Source of the DNA: Minisyncoccia bacterium
GTDB taxonomy: Bacteria > Patescibacteriota > Minisyncoccia > UBA6257 > JAAZHW01
Assembly: GCA_041550235.1 (NCBI GenBank)
Contig: JBFEPE010000002.1
Location: forward strand, 909-64,908
Length of the DNA: 64,000 nucleotides
Direction of reading: 5' to 3'
The translations under genes were made by a program, and so were the position numbers. Below the pieces are notes generated by a model. The model did no database searches and had not been told where the DNA came from. It saw only the letters and a list, made by a program, of their open reading frames with translations. Shown one piece after another: positions 1 to 9,484 of this stretch; position 1 is the first letter of the stretch, and every line of letters starts with the position of its first letter.

Positions 1-1146
1 GTAGAAATAGGTAAAAAATATTATCCATCAATAAATTTAATAGAGGGATTAGAAAATAAAGAATCGGGGATACCGCCCGATGTAGATTTTTCATTATTTT
101 GGGATGCATGGCGAATAATCCAAACCGATTATTTAAAAAATAATGATTTAGATCGTCAAAAAATGGTTTATGGAGCAATAGAAGGATTGGTAGATTCATT
201 AGACGATCCTCATTCTGTTTTTTTTAGTCCTGAAAGAGCAGATAGATTTTTAGATGATACTGGTGGAAGTTTTAGTGGGGTGGGAATGGAAATTGGAATA
301 AGAAAAAAAGTGCTAACTATTATTGCTCCACTTAAAGGAACACCCGCATATAATGCTGGCTTAAAGGCGGGCGATATGATTTTAGAAATAGATGGTGAGA
401 CAACTGAGGATTTAGCGATTGAGGAGGCAGTTGGCAAAATAAGGGGAGAGAAGGGAACGGAGGTTGTTTTGAATATATATAGGGATAGTTTTGAAAAGCC
501 AAGAGATTTCTCAGTGATTAGAGATACAATTATTATTCCATCATCAGAGGTTAATTTCTTGGAAAATAATATCGCCCACTTAAAATTGATGAATTTCAAT
601 GAGAATGCTCCTAATGCATTTTATAATTCGGCTCTTGAAATTGCGGGCAGAAATAGTTCGGGTATTATTTTGGATTTGAGAAATAATCCTGGCGGGTATT
701 TGGAAATTTCCGTTCATATTGCTAGTTGGTTTTTGAATAGTGGCGAAGTTGTTGTTCGTCAAAATATTAAGGGGATAGAAGAGGATGTTTTGAGGTCATC
801 AGGTAATGAGGCATTTTCAGAGGTGCCAATTGTAATTTTAGTAAATGAAGGAAGTGCTTCAGCTTCTGAGATTTTGGCAGGTGCATTGAGGGATAATAGG
901 GGAGTTAAGATGGTTGGGAAAAAGACATTTGGGAAGGGTTCTGTTCAGGTAATGGAAAAATTATTTGATGATTCTATGATTAAGCTCACGATAGCAGAGT
1001 GGCTCACTCCTAATGGGATTTCCATAAATAATAATGGGCTTGAGCCCGATTATGAAGTGGATTTACCGGAAGATTGGCAAGAAGGAGATGATGATCCTCA
1101 ATTAGATAAGGCAGTTGAGATCCTCAATGAGATTATAGGGAGATAA
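1..1146 (+). CDS. ctpA: C-terminal processing (tail-specific) peptidase, S41 family; 5'-partial (reading frame is open from base 1)
   Basis: Frame-1 translation from nt 1 continues upstream of the listed ORF (..FSLFWDAWRIIQTDYLKNNDL..). PDZ-like region and S41 motifs are present. The stop is at 1146. Confidence 0.85.
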   Translation, partial: VEIGKKYYPSINLIEGLENKESGIPPDVDFSLFWDAWRIIQTDYLKNNDLDRQKMVYGAIEGLVDSLDDPHSVFFSPERADRFLDDTGGSFSGVGMEIGIRKKVLTIIAPLKGTPAYNAGLKAGDMILEIDGETTEDLAIEEAVGKIRGEKGTEVVLNIYRDSFEKPRDFSVIRDTIIIPSSEVNFLENNIAHLKLMNFNENAPNAFYNSALEIAGRNSSGIILDLRNNPGGYLEISVHIASWFLNSGEVVVRQNIKGIEEDVLRSSGNEAFSEVPIVILVNEGSASASEILAGALRDNRGVKMVGKKTFGKGSVQVMEKLFDDSMIKLTIAEWLTPNGISINNNGLEPDYEVDLPEDWQEGDDDPQLDKAVEILNEIIGR

Positions 1147-1222
1147 TTTTTAAATATTTTTAGATAATAAAAAAGCAGGGCATACAGAGTGCCCTGTTTT
1201 TAGTTGCCTGTATTTCAGGCAA

Positions 1223-1645
1223 CTATTCTTGATTAATATCCTGAACCACTATTTTAAATAGTGATTCCTTGGGCGAGGTGCATCTTAAAACGATGCGACG
1301 ACTTTCATTTGGGAAGAGAAGAATGACTAGCCCATTTCCCTCTTTGGGTTCAAAGGGGATTTTTGAGCGAAAGTTTATCCCCATTTCTGAGCATTCTGCA
1401 CACAAGCAACTTTTAGGATGATATATGAAGAATTTTCTCCCCTCGGCTCTTAAAACATAGATGGTCCCATACTGCCTTACTTCTATTTCCAAAGGACCTT
1501 CTTCGAATTTAAATTCTCCTTTCACCTCTACCTTTCCTACTTTTGTTTTAATTATACTTTCTTTTTTTTCTACCACCCTTATTTTTGAAAGTAGAGATGA
1601 GGCGACAATTAAAACGATTAAAAAAATCAAAGATGTCTTTTTCAT
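1223..1645 (-). CDS. hypothetical secreted/lipoprotein-like protein (N-terminal signal peptide, Cys pair CLCAEC)
   Basis: 140-aa ORF with hydrophobic N-terminus MKKTSLIFLIVLIVASS. An AGGAG-like RBS lies upstream on the minus strand. Confidence 0.5.
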   Translation of the reverse strand: MKKTSLIFLIVLIVASSLLSKIRVVEKKESIIKTKVGKVEVKGEFKFEEGPLEIEVRQYGTIYVLRAEGRKFFIYHPKSCLCAECSEMGINFRSKIPFEPKEGNGLVILLFPNESRRIVLRCTSPKESLFKIVVQDINQE

Positions 1646-1785
1646 TTTTTTCTCCTGTTTTTTTTATATTCTATTTTTAAACATTCTTTAAGAAACTTTT
1701 CCCAGTTTCTTGCCTCTATTATATCATAAATAAATATATTTGTCAATATGCGGGGATAATTTGATATATAATGGTAAGGACGAAC

Positions 1786-1940
1786 ACCCCGTCTCAGCCA
1801 CGTTGAAATTGCGAAGCAATTTCTTTCGTGGCGAGCCACCCCTCTATAAGAGGGCAGAATGTCCGCCTATGGCGGGGAATAAGATAAGAAAAGCTTCGAT
1901 GGGCGAAACCCGCCTTCGTCAAGACTTCGGCGAGGCGAAG
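1786..1940. repeat. mosaic GC-rich hairpin repeat block (modules ACACCCCGTCTC, CCACGTTGAAATTGCGAAGCAATTTC, CCACCCCTCTATAAGAGGG, GTCCGCCTATGGCGGGGAATAAG, AACCCGCCTTCGTCAAGACTTCGGCGAGGCGAAG)
   Basis: The same modules recur at 13615-13900, 20920-20975, 30615-30800, 39480-39535, 50930-51200, 57745-58030 and 60680-60785, in both orientations. Confidence 0.7.
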
Positions 1941-1946
1941 AAAAAT

Positions 1947-2387
1947 ATGAAGATTATATTATTAAAAGATGTGAGGGGGATTGGGAAGAAAAATGAAATT
2001 AAAATAGTGGCGGATGGATTCGCCCGAAATTTTTTGATTCCAAATGGATTAGCAATATTGGCAACAAAAGAAAAAGAGAAAAAAATTGATGAGTTAAATG
2101 TCAAAAAAAATAGAGATGATGAAAAAATGAAATTAAAGCAAAAAGAATTGGTGAAAAAAATAGAATCAATAAAATTAGAATTTGAATTAAGGGGAGGGAA
2201 GGGGACTGCCTTTGGTTCAGTGAGTAAGGAAGATATTCAATCAAAATTGAAGAAAGAGGGTATTGATATTAGTATTAAGCAAATAGAGTTAGAAAAGAAT
2301 ATTAAGAAAAGTGGGGAAAATAATATAAAAATAAAATTTGCCCCGCAGATTGAGGCAAATCTAAGAATTTTGGTGAAGATAATTTAA
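1947..2387 (+). CDS. rplI: 50S ribosomal protein L9
   Basis: [36 protein letters not shown] matches the L9 N-domain. The listed ORF start at 1740 is read-through of the upstream repeat block. Confidence 0.85.
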   Translation: MKIILLKDVRGIGKKNEIKIVADGFARNFLIPNGLAILATKEKEKKIDELNVKKNRDDEKMKLKQKELVKKIESIKLEFELRGGKGTAFGSVSKEDIQSKLKKEGIDISIKQIELEKNIKKSGENNIKIKFAPQIEANLRILVKII

Positions 2388-2399
2388 TTTATAATCAAG

Positions 2400-2578
2400 G
2401 CGAGAATAAAACTATTTTTCTAATAACAGCACCCCACCCCTCGCAGGGCGAGGGGTCGATATATGCTATTATTTTTATATATTTAGATTACGATGAGAAT
2501 AAAATTATTTCTAATAGCAACAATCCACCCCTCGCGGGGCGAGGGGTGGGCATATCTTATATTATTTAATAGATTATG
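2400..2578 (+). repeat. two tandem ~88-bp upstream copies of the first ~35 nt of the downstream gene, each followed by a CCCCTCGC-NNN-GCGAGGGG hairpin
   Basis: GCGAGAATAAAACTATTTTTCTAATAACAGC (2400), GATGAGAATAAAATTATTTCTAATAGCAACAAT (2493) and GATGAGAATAAAACTATTTTTCAAAAAAGCAAT (2578, the real gene start) align. Hairpins lie at 2438-2460 and 2526-2550. Confidence 0.7.
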
Positions 2579-3703
2579 ATGAGAATAAAACTATTTTTCA
2601 AAAAAGCAATTATGGAGATAATGAGTTGGGTGGTTGGAATTTGGGGGGTTTTGAGTAGAAAAAAATTTTCAAATAACCCTCAAAAAATAGCCATTCTTTT
2701 TTTGGATTTAGGAATAGGCGATTCAGTTATGCTTTCGCCCATTATCCAAAAAATTGCTGATATATTCAGCCAATCAAAGGTTTTCTTAATAACCCCAACA
2801 GAAGAAATAATCAATTTTAAAAATGTAGAATACCTTAAAGAGAATGAATTTAAAAAAATAAAAAAAGAATTTGATTTAATTATTTCACCCACTTTGTGCC
2901 TGTGGCACTTTCCTTATATTTTTTCTGCAAAAAATTGGATTGGATATTTTGCCAAAACAAAAATTCAGTCTAATTTTAACTTTTTAAAAAATAAAAAAAT
3001 TATTTATTATAAACCAATAGGAGGGCATTATATTATTAGAGGAATTAATTTAATAAAGGCAATAAACAAAGAGGCGGGGGATGAGATGGAAAGAGATTTT
3101 AATAACAAGAGTATTGAATATCCTCTCTTAATATCAAAAGAGCCATCGTATTTTAAAGATGAATTGGAGGGTAAAAAATATATTGCATTAGCACCTGTTT
3201 GTAAGTCTTTGGCAAAGCAATGGCCATTGATGAATTTTGTTGAGATTTGTCGTTATCTTTTTAAAAATAAGGGATTAGATAAAATTGTTTTGTTGGGCGA
3301 TGGCAGTCAATGGGACAAAAATTTTATTTCTAATATGATAAAAGAATTGAGTGATTTGCCACAGGGGGTAATACTTGATGTTGCTGGAAAGAATACACTC
3401 ACGGAAACAATATTTGTTATTAAAAATTCTGAAATTTTTGTCGGGCTTGATTCGGCGCCAGCTCATTTTGCATATTTAAATACCAAGAAGGTGCTGACTA
3501 TTTTTGTAAATATAAATCCTATGGAGATATCTCCGGTTGGAAATTTGAAAAATGTGGAATTTTTGTTTCCCGATGATGAGAGTTATATTTATGGTTATAG
3601 TGGGCTATTAGAAGGGGATGTTGAGTTTTCTCAGAAGTTATTAAAATCAATGCCTGTTCAAAAGGCAATAGATAAGATAAATAATTTATTTGACAAAAGA
3701 TAA
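2576..3703 (+). CDS. glycosyltransferase family 9 (ADP-heptose:LPS heptosyltransferase-like)
   Basis: GT9 hallmark VGLDSAPAHFAYLNTKKVLTIF (GxDSGxxHLAAA-like) and N-terminal IAILFLDLGIGDSVMLSPI. The N-terminal ~35 aa are atypical, so the start is uncertain. Confidence 0.6.
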   Translation: MMRIKLFFKKAIMEIMSWVVGIWGVLSRKKFSNNPQKIAILFLDLGIGDSVMLSPIIQKIADIFSQSKVFLITPTEEIINFKNVEYLKENEFKKIKKEFDLIISPTLCLWHFPYIFSAKNWIGYFAKTKIQSNFNFLKNKKIIYYKPIGGHYIIRGINLIKAINKEAGDEMERDFNNKSIEYPLLISKEPSYFKDELEGKKYIALAPVCKSLAKQWPLMNFVEICRYLFKNKGLDKIVLLGDGSQWDKNFISNMIKELSDLPQGVILDVAGKNTLTETIFVIKNSEIFVGLDSAPAHFAYLNTKKVLTIFVNINPMEISPVGNLKNVEFLFPDDESYIYGYSGLLEGDVEFSQKLLKSMPVQKAIDKINNLFDKR

Positions 3704-3779
3704 ATTATGAGTATAATGTATATTGAGTAGTGAATATGAAATATTCTTTTTTTATCGGAAAGGTCGCACTACTTATTGA

Positions 3780-4118
3780 TTGAAAGAAAAAATAATTATG
3801 GCTTCAGCAAACAGCGATAAGGATTTTCTTGAATTCATTATCAAGGCATTAGTTGATAATCCTGACAAGGTGGAAGTAAATAGGGTTGTTGATGAGATGG
3901 GAGTCTTGCTAAATGTTAAAATCGATCCTAAGGATATGGGTAGGATTATTGGCAGGGCTGGTGCAACTATCAGAGCTATTCGTTCTTTAACTAAATTAGT
4001 TGGTCTAAAGAATAATGCTCGTGTGAATGTCAAGATTGAGGAACCTGCTGGTGGTTCAAGAGTTTCCGGTGGATCAAGTGAGTCATCTGATGTAATGGAT
4101 GATTTGAATAATATCTAG
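3780..4118 (+). CDS. khpA: KH-domain RNA-binding protein (KhpA/UPF0109-like)
   Basis: KH GxxG motif MGRIIGRAGATIRAIRSL. Typical size for a small KH protein. Confidence 0.65.
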   Translation: MKEKIIMASANSDKDFLEFIIKALVDNPDKVEVNRVVDEMGVLLNVKIDPKDMGRIIGRAGATIRAIRSLTKLVGLKNNARVNVKIEEPAGGSRVSGGSSESSDVMDDLNNI

Positions 4119-4146
4119 GAAATTTTTAATTAGTATTTACTATAAA

Positions 4147-4186
4147 AGACTAATCCCGTCCTTTCGGACGGGATTAGTCTTTTTGT
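4147..4186 (+). terminator. rho-independent terminator
   Basis: AGACTAATCCCGTCC-TTTC-GGACGGGATTAGTCT followed by TTTTT. Confidence 0.75.
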
Positions 4187-4217
4187 GCCGTATTCCCTTT
4201 TTTAAAAAATCAACAAG

Positions 4218-4299
4218 TGCCGGGGGCGGGAATCGAACCCGCATGAATTGCTTCACACGATTTTGAGTCGTGCGCGTCTACCAATTCCGCCACCCCGGC
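4218..4299 (-). tRNA. tRNA-Leu(CAA), class II with long variable arm; CCA not encoded
   Basis: Reverse complement reads GCCGGGGTGGCGGAATTGGTAGACGCG-CACGA-CTCAAAA-TCGTG..GCGGGTTCGATTCCCGC-CCCCGGC-A. Cloverleaf with anticodon CAA. Confidence 0.85.
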
Positions 4300-4411
4300 T
4301 TATTTATATTATTATTCTACAAAATTTTAAATAAATTGGAATACCCTGCTCGCATTGATTTTTTGATAATAATTTGGTATTATTTGATTATTAAATAAGT
4401 AATTATAAATA

Positions 4412-4442
4412 CCTCCTCCCCCGCCGAAGGCGGGGGAGGAGG
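4412..4442. repeat. perfect 31-bp GC hairpin palindrome CCTCCTCCCCCGCC-GAA-GGCGGGGGAGGAGG
   Basis: Read directly. Member of the dispersed CCGCC-NNN-GGCGG hairpin family. Confidence 0.8.
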
Positions 4443-4484
4443 TATAAGAATAGTCAGCATATAATTTTAATAAATAGCAAAAAT

Positions 4485-5327
4485 ATGAAAAAAATAGGAA
4501 TCATTACAATAATAATCTTGCTCTTGCTTGGGCTAATCGCTGGATTAATAATCGGCTGGTTAGCAGGCAGAAAGGGATTAGAAGATTGCCAAAAAAATAA
4601 GGGACCATTAAATGCGACCTATGATGTTGAGGGAGAATTATTTACCCTTTCACAAGGAGAGGCAGAGAAAAAACTTTCTCAAACAGGTGGGTCTTCAATT
4701 ATTAAAGTGAAAATTTGGGAGGAGCCAGTTTACGGAGATTTAAATAGCGATGGCATAAGTGATGCCGCATTGATTTTTACTTACGAAGATGAAGATGACT
4801 TTGTTAATTATTATATTTCAGCCGCAATAAAAGATGAGACAAATGACAAATATGATGGATTAAGAGCGGTTTTTTTGGGAGAAGAAATTTCCCCAAAGAA
4901 TTTAATAATCGAAGAAGGTGCAATATTTGTAGATTATGACGATAGGGGACAGAGCGATTCAATATCAGTGAAGCCATATATTGCTCTAGCCAAAACATTT
5001 TTTGTAGAAAGTAATCAGTTGAAAGAATTGGATGTTTTTGCAATTGGCGGACAAAGGGATGATTTTGGTTGTTTGGGTCCAGCAGGGTATTCTTGGGACT
5101 CGGAAATAGAGGCATGTATTCGCCCTTGGGAAATAAATGAAGCCCAAAGAGAGGCGGCAAAAATCGCTGTGGATTATGTTGGATCAGCGGAGGGAATTAC
5201 TATTTTAGAGGTGGAGCAATTTAAATGCCCTGGCTGTTTTCGTGTTTCAATAGAAAAAGATGATAAAAAAATATTAGTGAATTTAGTTGATTTAAAAATA
5301 ACAAAGGTGGAGGAGCATGAATATTAA
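4485..5327 (+). CDS. hypothetical membrane-anchored protein (N-terminal TM, extracytoplasmic domain)
   Basis: 280-aa ORF with TM helix IGIITIIILLLLGLIAGLIIGWLAG. No recognisable family. Confidence 0.5.
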   Translation: MKKIGIITIIILLLLGLIAGLIIGWLAGRKGLEDCQKNKGPLNATYDVEGELFTLSQGEAEKKLSQTGGSSIIKVKIWEEPVYGDLNSDGISDAALIFTYEDEDDFVNYYISAAIKDETNDKYDGLRAVFLGEEISPKNLIIEEGAIFVDYDDRGQSDSISVKPYIALAKTFFVESNQLKELDVFAIGGQRDDFGCLGPAGYSWDSEIEACIRPWEINEAQREAAKIAVDYVGSAEGITILEVEQFKCPGCFRVSIEKDDKKILVNLVDLKITKVEEHEY

Positions 5328-5802
5328 ATTCAATAAAAAAAATGGCTTTACTTTATTAGAGGTTTTAATATCCATTTCTATTTTAGCAATAATAGGTGTT
5401 ATTGGATTTACTTATTTAGCAAATTATAGGAGGTCGTCTCAGTTGAATTTAGAAGCGGGTAGAATAGTTGGTTATTTTCGCCAGACACAAAATAATGCAA
5501 TAGCCGGTAAGAATTTATCAGATTGGGGGATTCATTTTTCTAATCCGAGTGGAGATGGTGGGGATTTTTTTGTTATTTTTGAGGGGAGTTCTTTTGGCTC
5601 AAGCACTACAACAGAGAGAATTTATCTAAATAAGGGGGTTGGGTTTAGCATTCCCGCCGATGATAGTTCCATTGATGTTATCTTTCAGAGAAATAGTGGA
5701 AGGACAAGTTCCTCTACTATTTCAATAATATCAAAGGTTAATACAAATTTAAGCAAGCAAATTAAAATAAATTCATTAGGACAAATAATCAGCAGCGAAT
5801 AG
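5317..5802 (+). CDS. prepilin-type N-terminal cleavage/methylation domain protein (type IV pilin/pseudopilin)
   Basis: N-terminal KKNGFTLLEVLISISILAIIGV matches the GFxxxE prepilin signal. Confidence 0.7.
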   Translation: MNIKFNKKNGFTLLEVLISISILAIIGVIGFTYLANYRRSSQLNLEAGRIVGYFRQTQNNAIAGKNLSDWGIHFSNPSGDGGDFFVIFEGSSFGSSTTTERIYLNKGVGFSIPADDSSIDVIFQRNSGRTSSSTISIISKVNTNLSKQIKINSLGQIISSE

Positions 5803-5865
5803 TCATTAAACAATTAAAAGAGAGTCATATTAAGGGCCGAGGTCGTCATTAAATTATAAAAGAAT

Positions 5866-6333
5866 ATGGATAAAGAAACAGAAAAAATACTGACTCTTTT
5901 AGAGACAAATGAAACCCTATTAGAAAAATTCTACTCATTATGCAGAGCTCATTTCCCCGAAAAAAAAGATTTTTTTGAGCATTTAATGAAGGATGAAAAT
6001 AATCATGCTCAATGGGTAAGAATGATGAGGGCAAAGATAATGAAAGATGGAATTTCTCTTAGAGAATCAATTTGGACAAATTCACTCGCTAAATTTTTTG
6101 AAAAATCAACTAATGCGATATCAGATCTCGTCTCAAAAAAAATGGACTTAACTAAGGCATTGTTTTCAGCTGTGGAGTTAGAAAAAGGAATGTTAGAGAA
6201 GGATTATTTTGAATCAATGATCCCTCATTTAAAATCAGAAGAAACTAAAGATTTTTTAATTCGTCTTTCAAATGCAACAAAAATTCATCTTAAAGAGGTT
6301 GAAGAAGAATGGAAAAAAGAAGTATCATCTTAA
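5866..6333 (+). CDS. hypothetical protein (possible ferritin-like/helical bundle)
   Basis: 155-aa ORF with good coding composition and no diagnostic motif. Confidence 0.45.
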   Translation: MDKETEKILTLLETNETLLEKFYSLCRAHFPEKKDFFEHLMKDENNHAQWVRMMRAKIMKDGISLRESIWTNSLAKFFEKSTNAISDLVSKKMDLTKALFSAVELEKGMLEKDYFESMIPHLKSEETKDFLIRLSNATKIHLKEVEEEWKKEVSS

Positions 6334-7106
6334 AAAAAGAAGAGAATCAAATATTAAACGAGAAGCATAAAGGCATTAAGAATGTCGGTTTTTTTAATGA
6401 CTTAGAAAAATTAAAAAAAGGGGTGCCAGTTGATTATATTATTGGTTGGGTTGATTTTTTAAATTGTAAAATAGATTTGTCTCTTAAGCCTCTCATCCCA
6501 AGAGTAGAAACAGAATTTTGGGTTGAGAAGGTAATAATGGAAATATTAGAATTATCAAAAGATAATAAATTAAAAGTTTTAGATATTTTTTCTGGCTCAG
6601 GCTGTATTGGCGTTTCAATATTAAAAAATTGCCCCAATACAAAAGTTGATTTTGCCGAAGTTAATTCAAAATTTATTAAACAAATAAAAAAGAATCTATC
6701 GATAAACAAAATTCTCTATCCTTCATCATTGAAAGATAGAGGCAGGGCAAATATTATTCAATCAAATATTTTTGATAATATTAAAGATAAATATGATATT
6801 ATTTTGGCAAATCCGCCCTATGTTTCCACTAATAGAAGGGGCAATGTTCAAAGATCAGTTTTGGAATATGAGCCGAGTGAGGCTGTTTTTGGTGGAAAAG
6901 ATGGGCTATTTTTTATTAGAGATTTTTTAGCGAAAGCGAAAGATTATTTGTTGTCAAAAGGCAATATAGAGCCATTTATTTATTTAGAGTTTGATTCTTT
7001 TCAAAAAAGCAAAATAGAAAATATGCTTGCAGAATATAATTATTCAAGTTGGCAATTTTTCAAAGATCAATTCAATCGCTGGCGATTTGCTAAAATTTTT
7101 AAGTAG
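6309..7106 (+). CDS. prmC: release factor glutamine N5-methyltransferase PrmC/HemK
   Basis: NPPY motif (ILANPPYVS), SAM-binding VLDIFSGSGCIG, and N-terminal substrate-binding region. Confidence 0.8.
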   Translation: MEKRSIILKKEENQILNEKHKGIKNVGFFNDLEKLKKGVPVDYIIGWVDFLNCKIDLSLKPLIPRVETEFWVEKVIMEILELSKDNKLKVLDIFSGSGCIGVSILKNCPNTKVDFAEVNSKFIKQIKKNLSINKILYPSSLKDRGRANIIQSNIFDNIKDKYDIILANPPYVSTNRRGNVQRSVLEYEPSEAVFGGKDGLFFIRDFLAKAKDYLLSKGNIEPFIYLEFDSFQKSKIENMLAEYNYSSWQFFKDQFNRWRFAKIFK

Positions 7107-7160
7107 CAGACGATAATTATTATATATTTTGAGAAACATTAAGATAAGATAATACTGATA

Positions 7161-7189
7161 CATCCCCCCCGCCTACGGCGGGGGGGATG
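7161..7189. repeat. GC hairpin CATCCCCCCCGCC-TAC-GGCGGGGGGGATG
   Basis: Read directly. Same family as 4412-4442. Confidence 0.8.
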
Positions 7190-7273
7190 TATGCTTGGTT
7201 TATTATATAATCTGCCCCTCGCGAAGTATGTTATCCGCCTTTGGCAGGCAAGGGCAGGTGCCATTAGCAAAGA

Positions 7274-8056
7274 TTACTTATAATAAATATTGGGAAGATG
7301 GCGGATGTCTAAATATTCTAATGAGGCGAAATCAAAATTTTGCGAAATGAGATTATTTATCGCTAATAAATTTCTCTTTAAATCAAGGGAATCAATCATT
7401 ATTTCCCAATTTGATTCCTCATTTCCCAAAATAAGATTAATATTTTTTGATTCTATTTCCATCTCAATAAGTCCAAATTTATTATCAGCAACATCCTTTA
7501 TTTTTATGATATCATCAAAGTCTTCTTCAGAGAAAATATAGTCGCCTAATTCATACAATCTCCCCGAAAAATCATTTATAAATAGCACATTTTTTTCTAA
7601 TAAGTGATTATTAGAAAAGGCAATAAATATCTGCCCCTTATTATCAAATAAGAAGCATTTTTCATAATCTTCTTTTTGGCATAATTTTCCAAATATTTCT
7701 TTTTCAATTATTTTTATTTCCAATTCTTTATTTTTCCAGCCCTTTATAATATCAAAATCACTTATTGGTAGAAATTGAGAAAAGAAATTTTTTATATTTT
7801 TCTTTTTGATAAGAAGAAGGTTGTTTGATAGTTTTTTTTGAGATAAGTATTCACCCCACTCATTTTCTAATAATTCTCTGTCTAAAAACTTGATATCGCC
7901 TGATAATTTTGATTCTTTTATTTTGAAAAAGTTTGAGAAAATTGTGAAATAAGATAATAGAATTATCATCACAAAAATTGATAGAAAGACTATCATTTCT
8001 ATCCTTTTTTTGTCTTTATTTTTTGATTTCCTTGTCGGAGAGCGATATATTGTCAT
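7274..8056 (-). CDS. ftsQ: cell division protein FtsQ/DivIB-like (short basic cytoplasmic tail, one TM, POTRA-like periplasmic domain)
   Basis: Architecture and low-level pattern (basic N-tail, TM IVFLSIFVMIILLSYFTIF, C-terminal ..LEYLDIRHLPNIYYK) fit FtsQ. Similarity is weak. Confidence 0.5.
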   Translation of the reverse strand: MTIYRSPTRKSKNKDKKRIEMIVFLSIFVMIILLSYFTIFSNFFKIKESKLSGDIKFLDRELLENEWGEYLSQKKLSNNLLLIKKKNIKNFFSQFLPISDFDIIKGWKNKELEIKIIEKEIFGKLCQKEDYEKCFLFDNKGQIFIAFSNNHLLEKNVLFINDFSGRLYELGDYIFSEEDFDDIIKIKDVADNKFGLIEMEIESKNINLILGNEESNWEIMIDSLDLKRNLLAINNLISQNFDFASLEYLDIRHLPNIYYK

Positions 8057-8136
8057 ATATTTGATTATATTAAATATTTAATATATTGCTAATTTTTTAA
8101 GGTTAGAGTTGTAAAAAATTTGGTGGGTAAATAAGA

Positions 8137-9180
8137 GTGGGGTATAATGAGAAAATAATTAAAAAATTTATGAAAATAAAAAGACCCGAATCAAAAAAAT
8201 CTATCTTCCAAGTTCTTATTGATGAAATACAAATTCCATCTATTTGGTTATGGAAATGGTCAGAGAAAGATTATAAAAAAAGCCTAGAGTTAAACATTGA
8301 TGGATATATGGTAAATTTTTACTTTCTTTTGGACAAATTTTCGCAAGACGAAAAATTAAAAGATAGACAATGGCCCATGAGAGGAAGAGTAATCATTTTT
8401 ATTAAAAATCTAGATAAAATATTTGTAGATGGCTTAAAAAATCCGGCAGGAAAAAATTCGCAATTGGTTGCAGAAAAAATATACAATATATATAAGATAA
8501 CTTTAGACAAGGTTGTTTCTTATAGTCGCTGGGTAACAAATTTACCGAGCATTTTAGACGGCATACCTACTAGTTTTGGGGAGATGTTTGGGAACGAAAA
8601 ATTAATTTTGTCGAAAACACATGTTCATTGGAGAGAAGGAAATGATGAATTTAAACCGTTTCAGCCCAAAATAAAAAAAACGAAAGGAAAAATTAACCCA
8701 GTCTTTAAGAGTAAAAATTTGTTGACGGTTGAAAAATGGCAAAAAGTTAGAAATTTTACTAACGGCGATATATCAATATTAAATAGCGAAATCGAGGAGC
8801 TTTTACGCATAAAATCAAAAGCAATTTGGAGAGAGAAGAGAATTGCAGTAATTGAGACAGCGGCTTTGATGGAGGTAATAATTAGAAATAAAGTTCATAA
8901 AGCATTAGAAAAACAGGGCCAAAGTAAAACCAAAATTGAATGTTTTAATGAAGAGGCAGGATTTTCCACATTATTAAACCTTTTATTGCCATTGATTTTG
9001 ACTAGAAATGAAGTTAAGAAATATAAGAAACATATCGATAACTTGGATAAATTAAGAAAAATACGAAATAATATCATGCATCGAAATATTAAAAATGAAA
9101 ACATTAATGAAGAACATATAATCTTGGCTATAAATTCAGCAATAAAAATTATTCAAATTTTAAATAAAAAATTCATCTGA
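8137..9180 (+). CDS. hypothetical protein with C-terminal HEPN-like motif (R-x4-H: RNNIMH); possible Abi-type defence RNase
   Basis: 347-aa ORF with a helical C-terminal region containing KIRNNIMHRN. Confidence 0.45.
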   Translation: MGYNEKIIKKFMKIKRPESKKSIFQVLIDEIQIPSIWLWKWSEKDYKKSLELNIDGYMVNFYFLLDKFSQDEKLKDRQWPMRGRVIIFIKNLDKIFVDGLKNPAGKNSQLVAEKIYNIYKITLDKVVSYSRWVTNLPSILDGIPTSFGEMFGNEKLILSKTHVHWREGNDEFKPFQPKIKKTKGKINPVFKSKNLLTVEKWQKVRNFTNGDISILNSEIEELLRIKSKAIWREKRIAVIETAALMEVIIRNKVHKALEKQGQSKTKIECFNEEAGFSTLLNLLLPLILTRNEVKKYKKHIDNLDKLRKIRNNIMHRNIKNENINEEHIILAINSAIKIIQILNKKFI

Positions 9181-9484
9181 TTTTCCTAATCATGATAAAA
9201 TTTATACTCTTAATTCTGAGTAAAAAAATGGGCCCAGGAAAGCCCTAGTCCCACTTAATATCTTTAATATATCAAATTTAAATAAAATGTCAAATTTTAA
9301 ATTGTGGATAATTTTTTAAATTAGCAAAAAAGATAATTATGGATATAATATAGATAAAATATTGAACCATCCACTCCCGCCCGCCGTAGGCGGGGGATAT
9401 CGGCAAATCAAATAAAATTATATAGTTAATAAATCCCCTCGCCCTTGCGGGCGAGGGGATGGATGACAAATTATTATCAAAAAT

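Noticed and set aside
210-762. Minus-strand ORFs (129 aa and 60 aa) inside ctpA
   Set aside because: Antisense to a strongly supported S41 peptidase gene, with Ser/Leu-rich shadow-frame composition.
1740-1946. N-terminal extension of the L9 ORF (also for L18 from 60668, L3 from 11732 and S5 from 61197)
   Set aside because: The extensions are translations of upstream hairpin repeat blocks. Conserved r-protein N-termini begin at internal ATGs with proper spacing.
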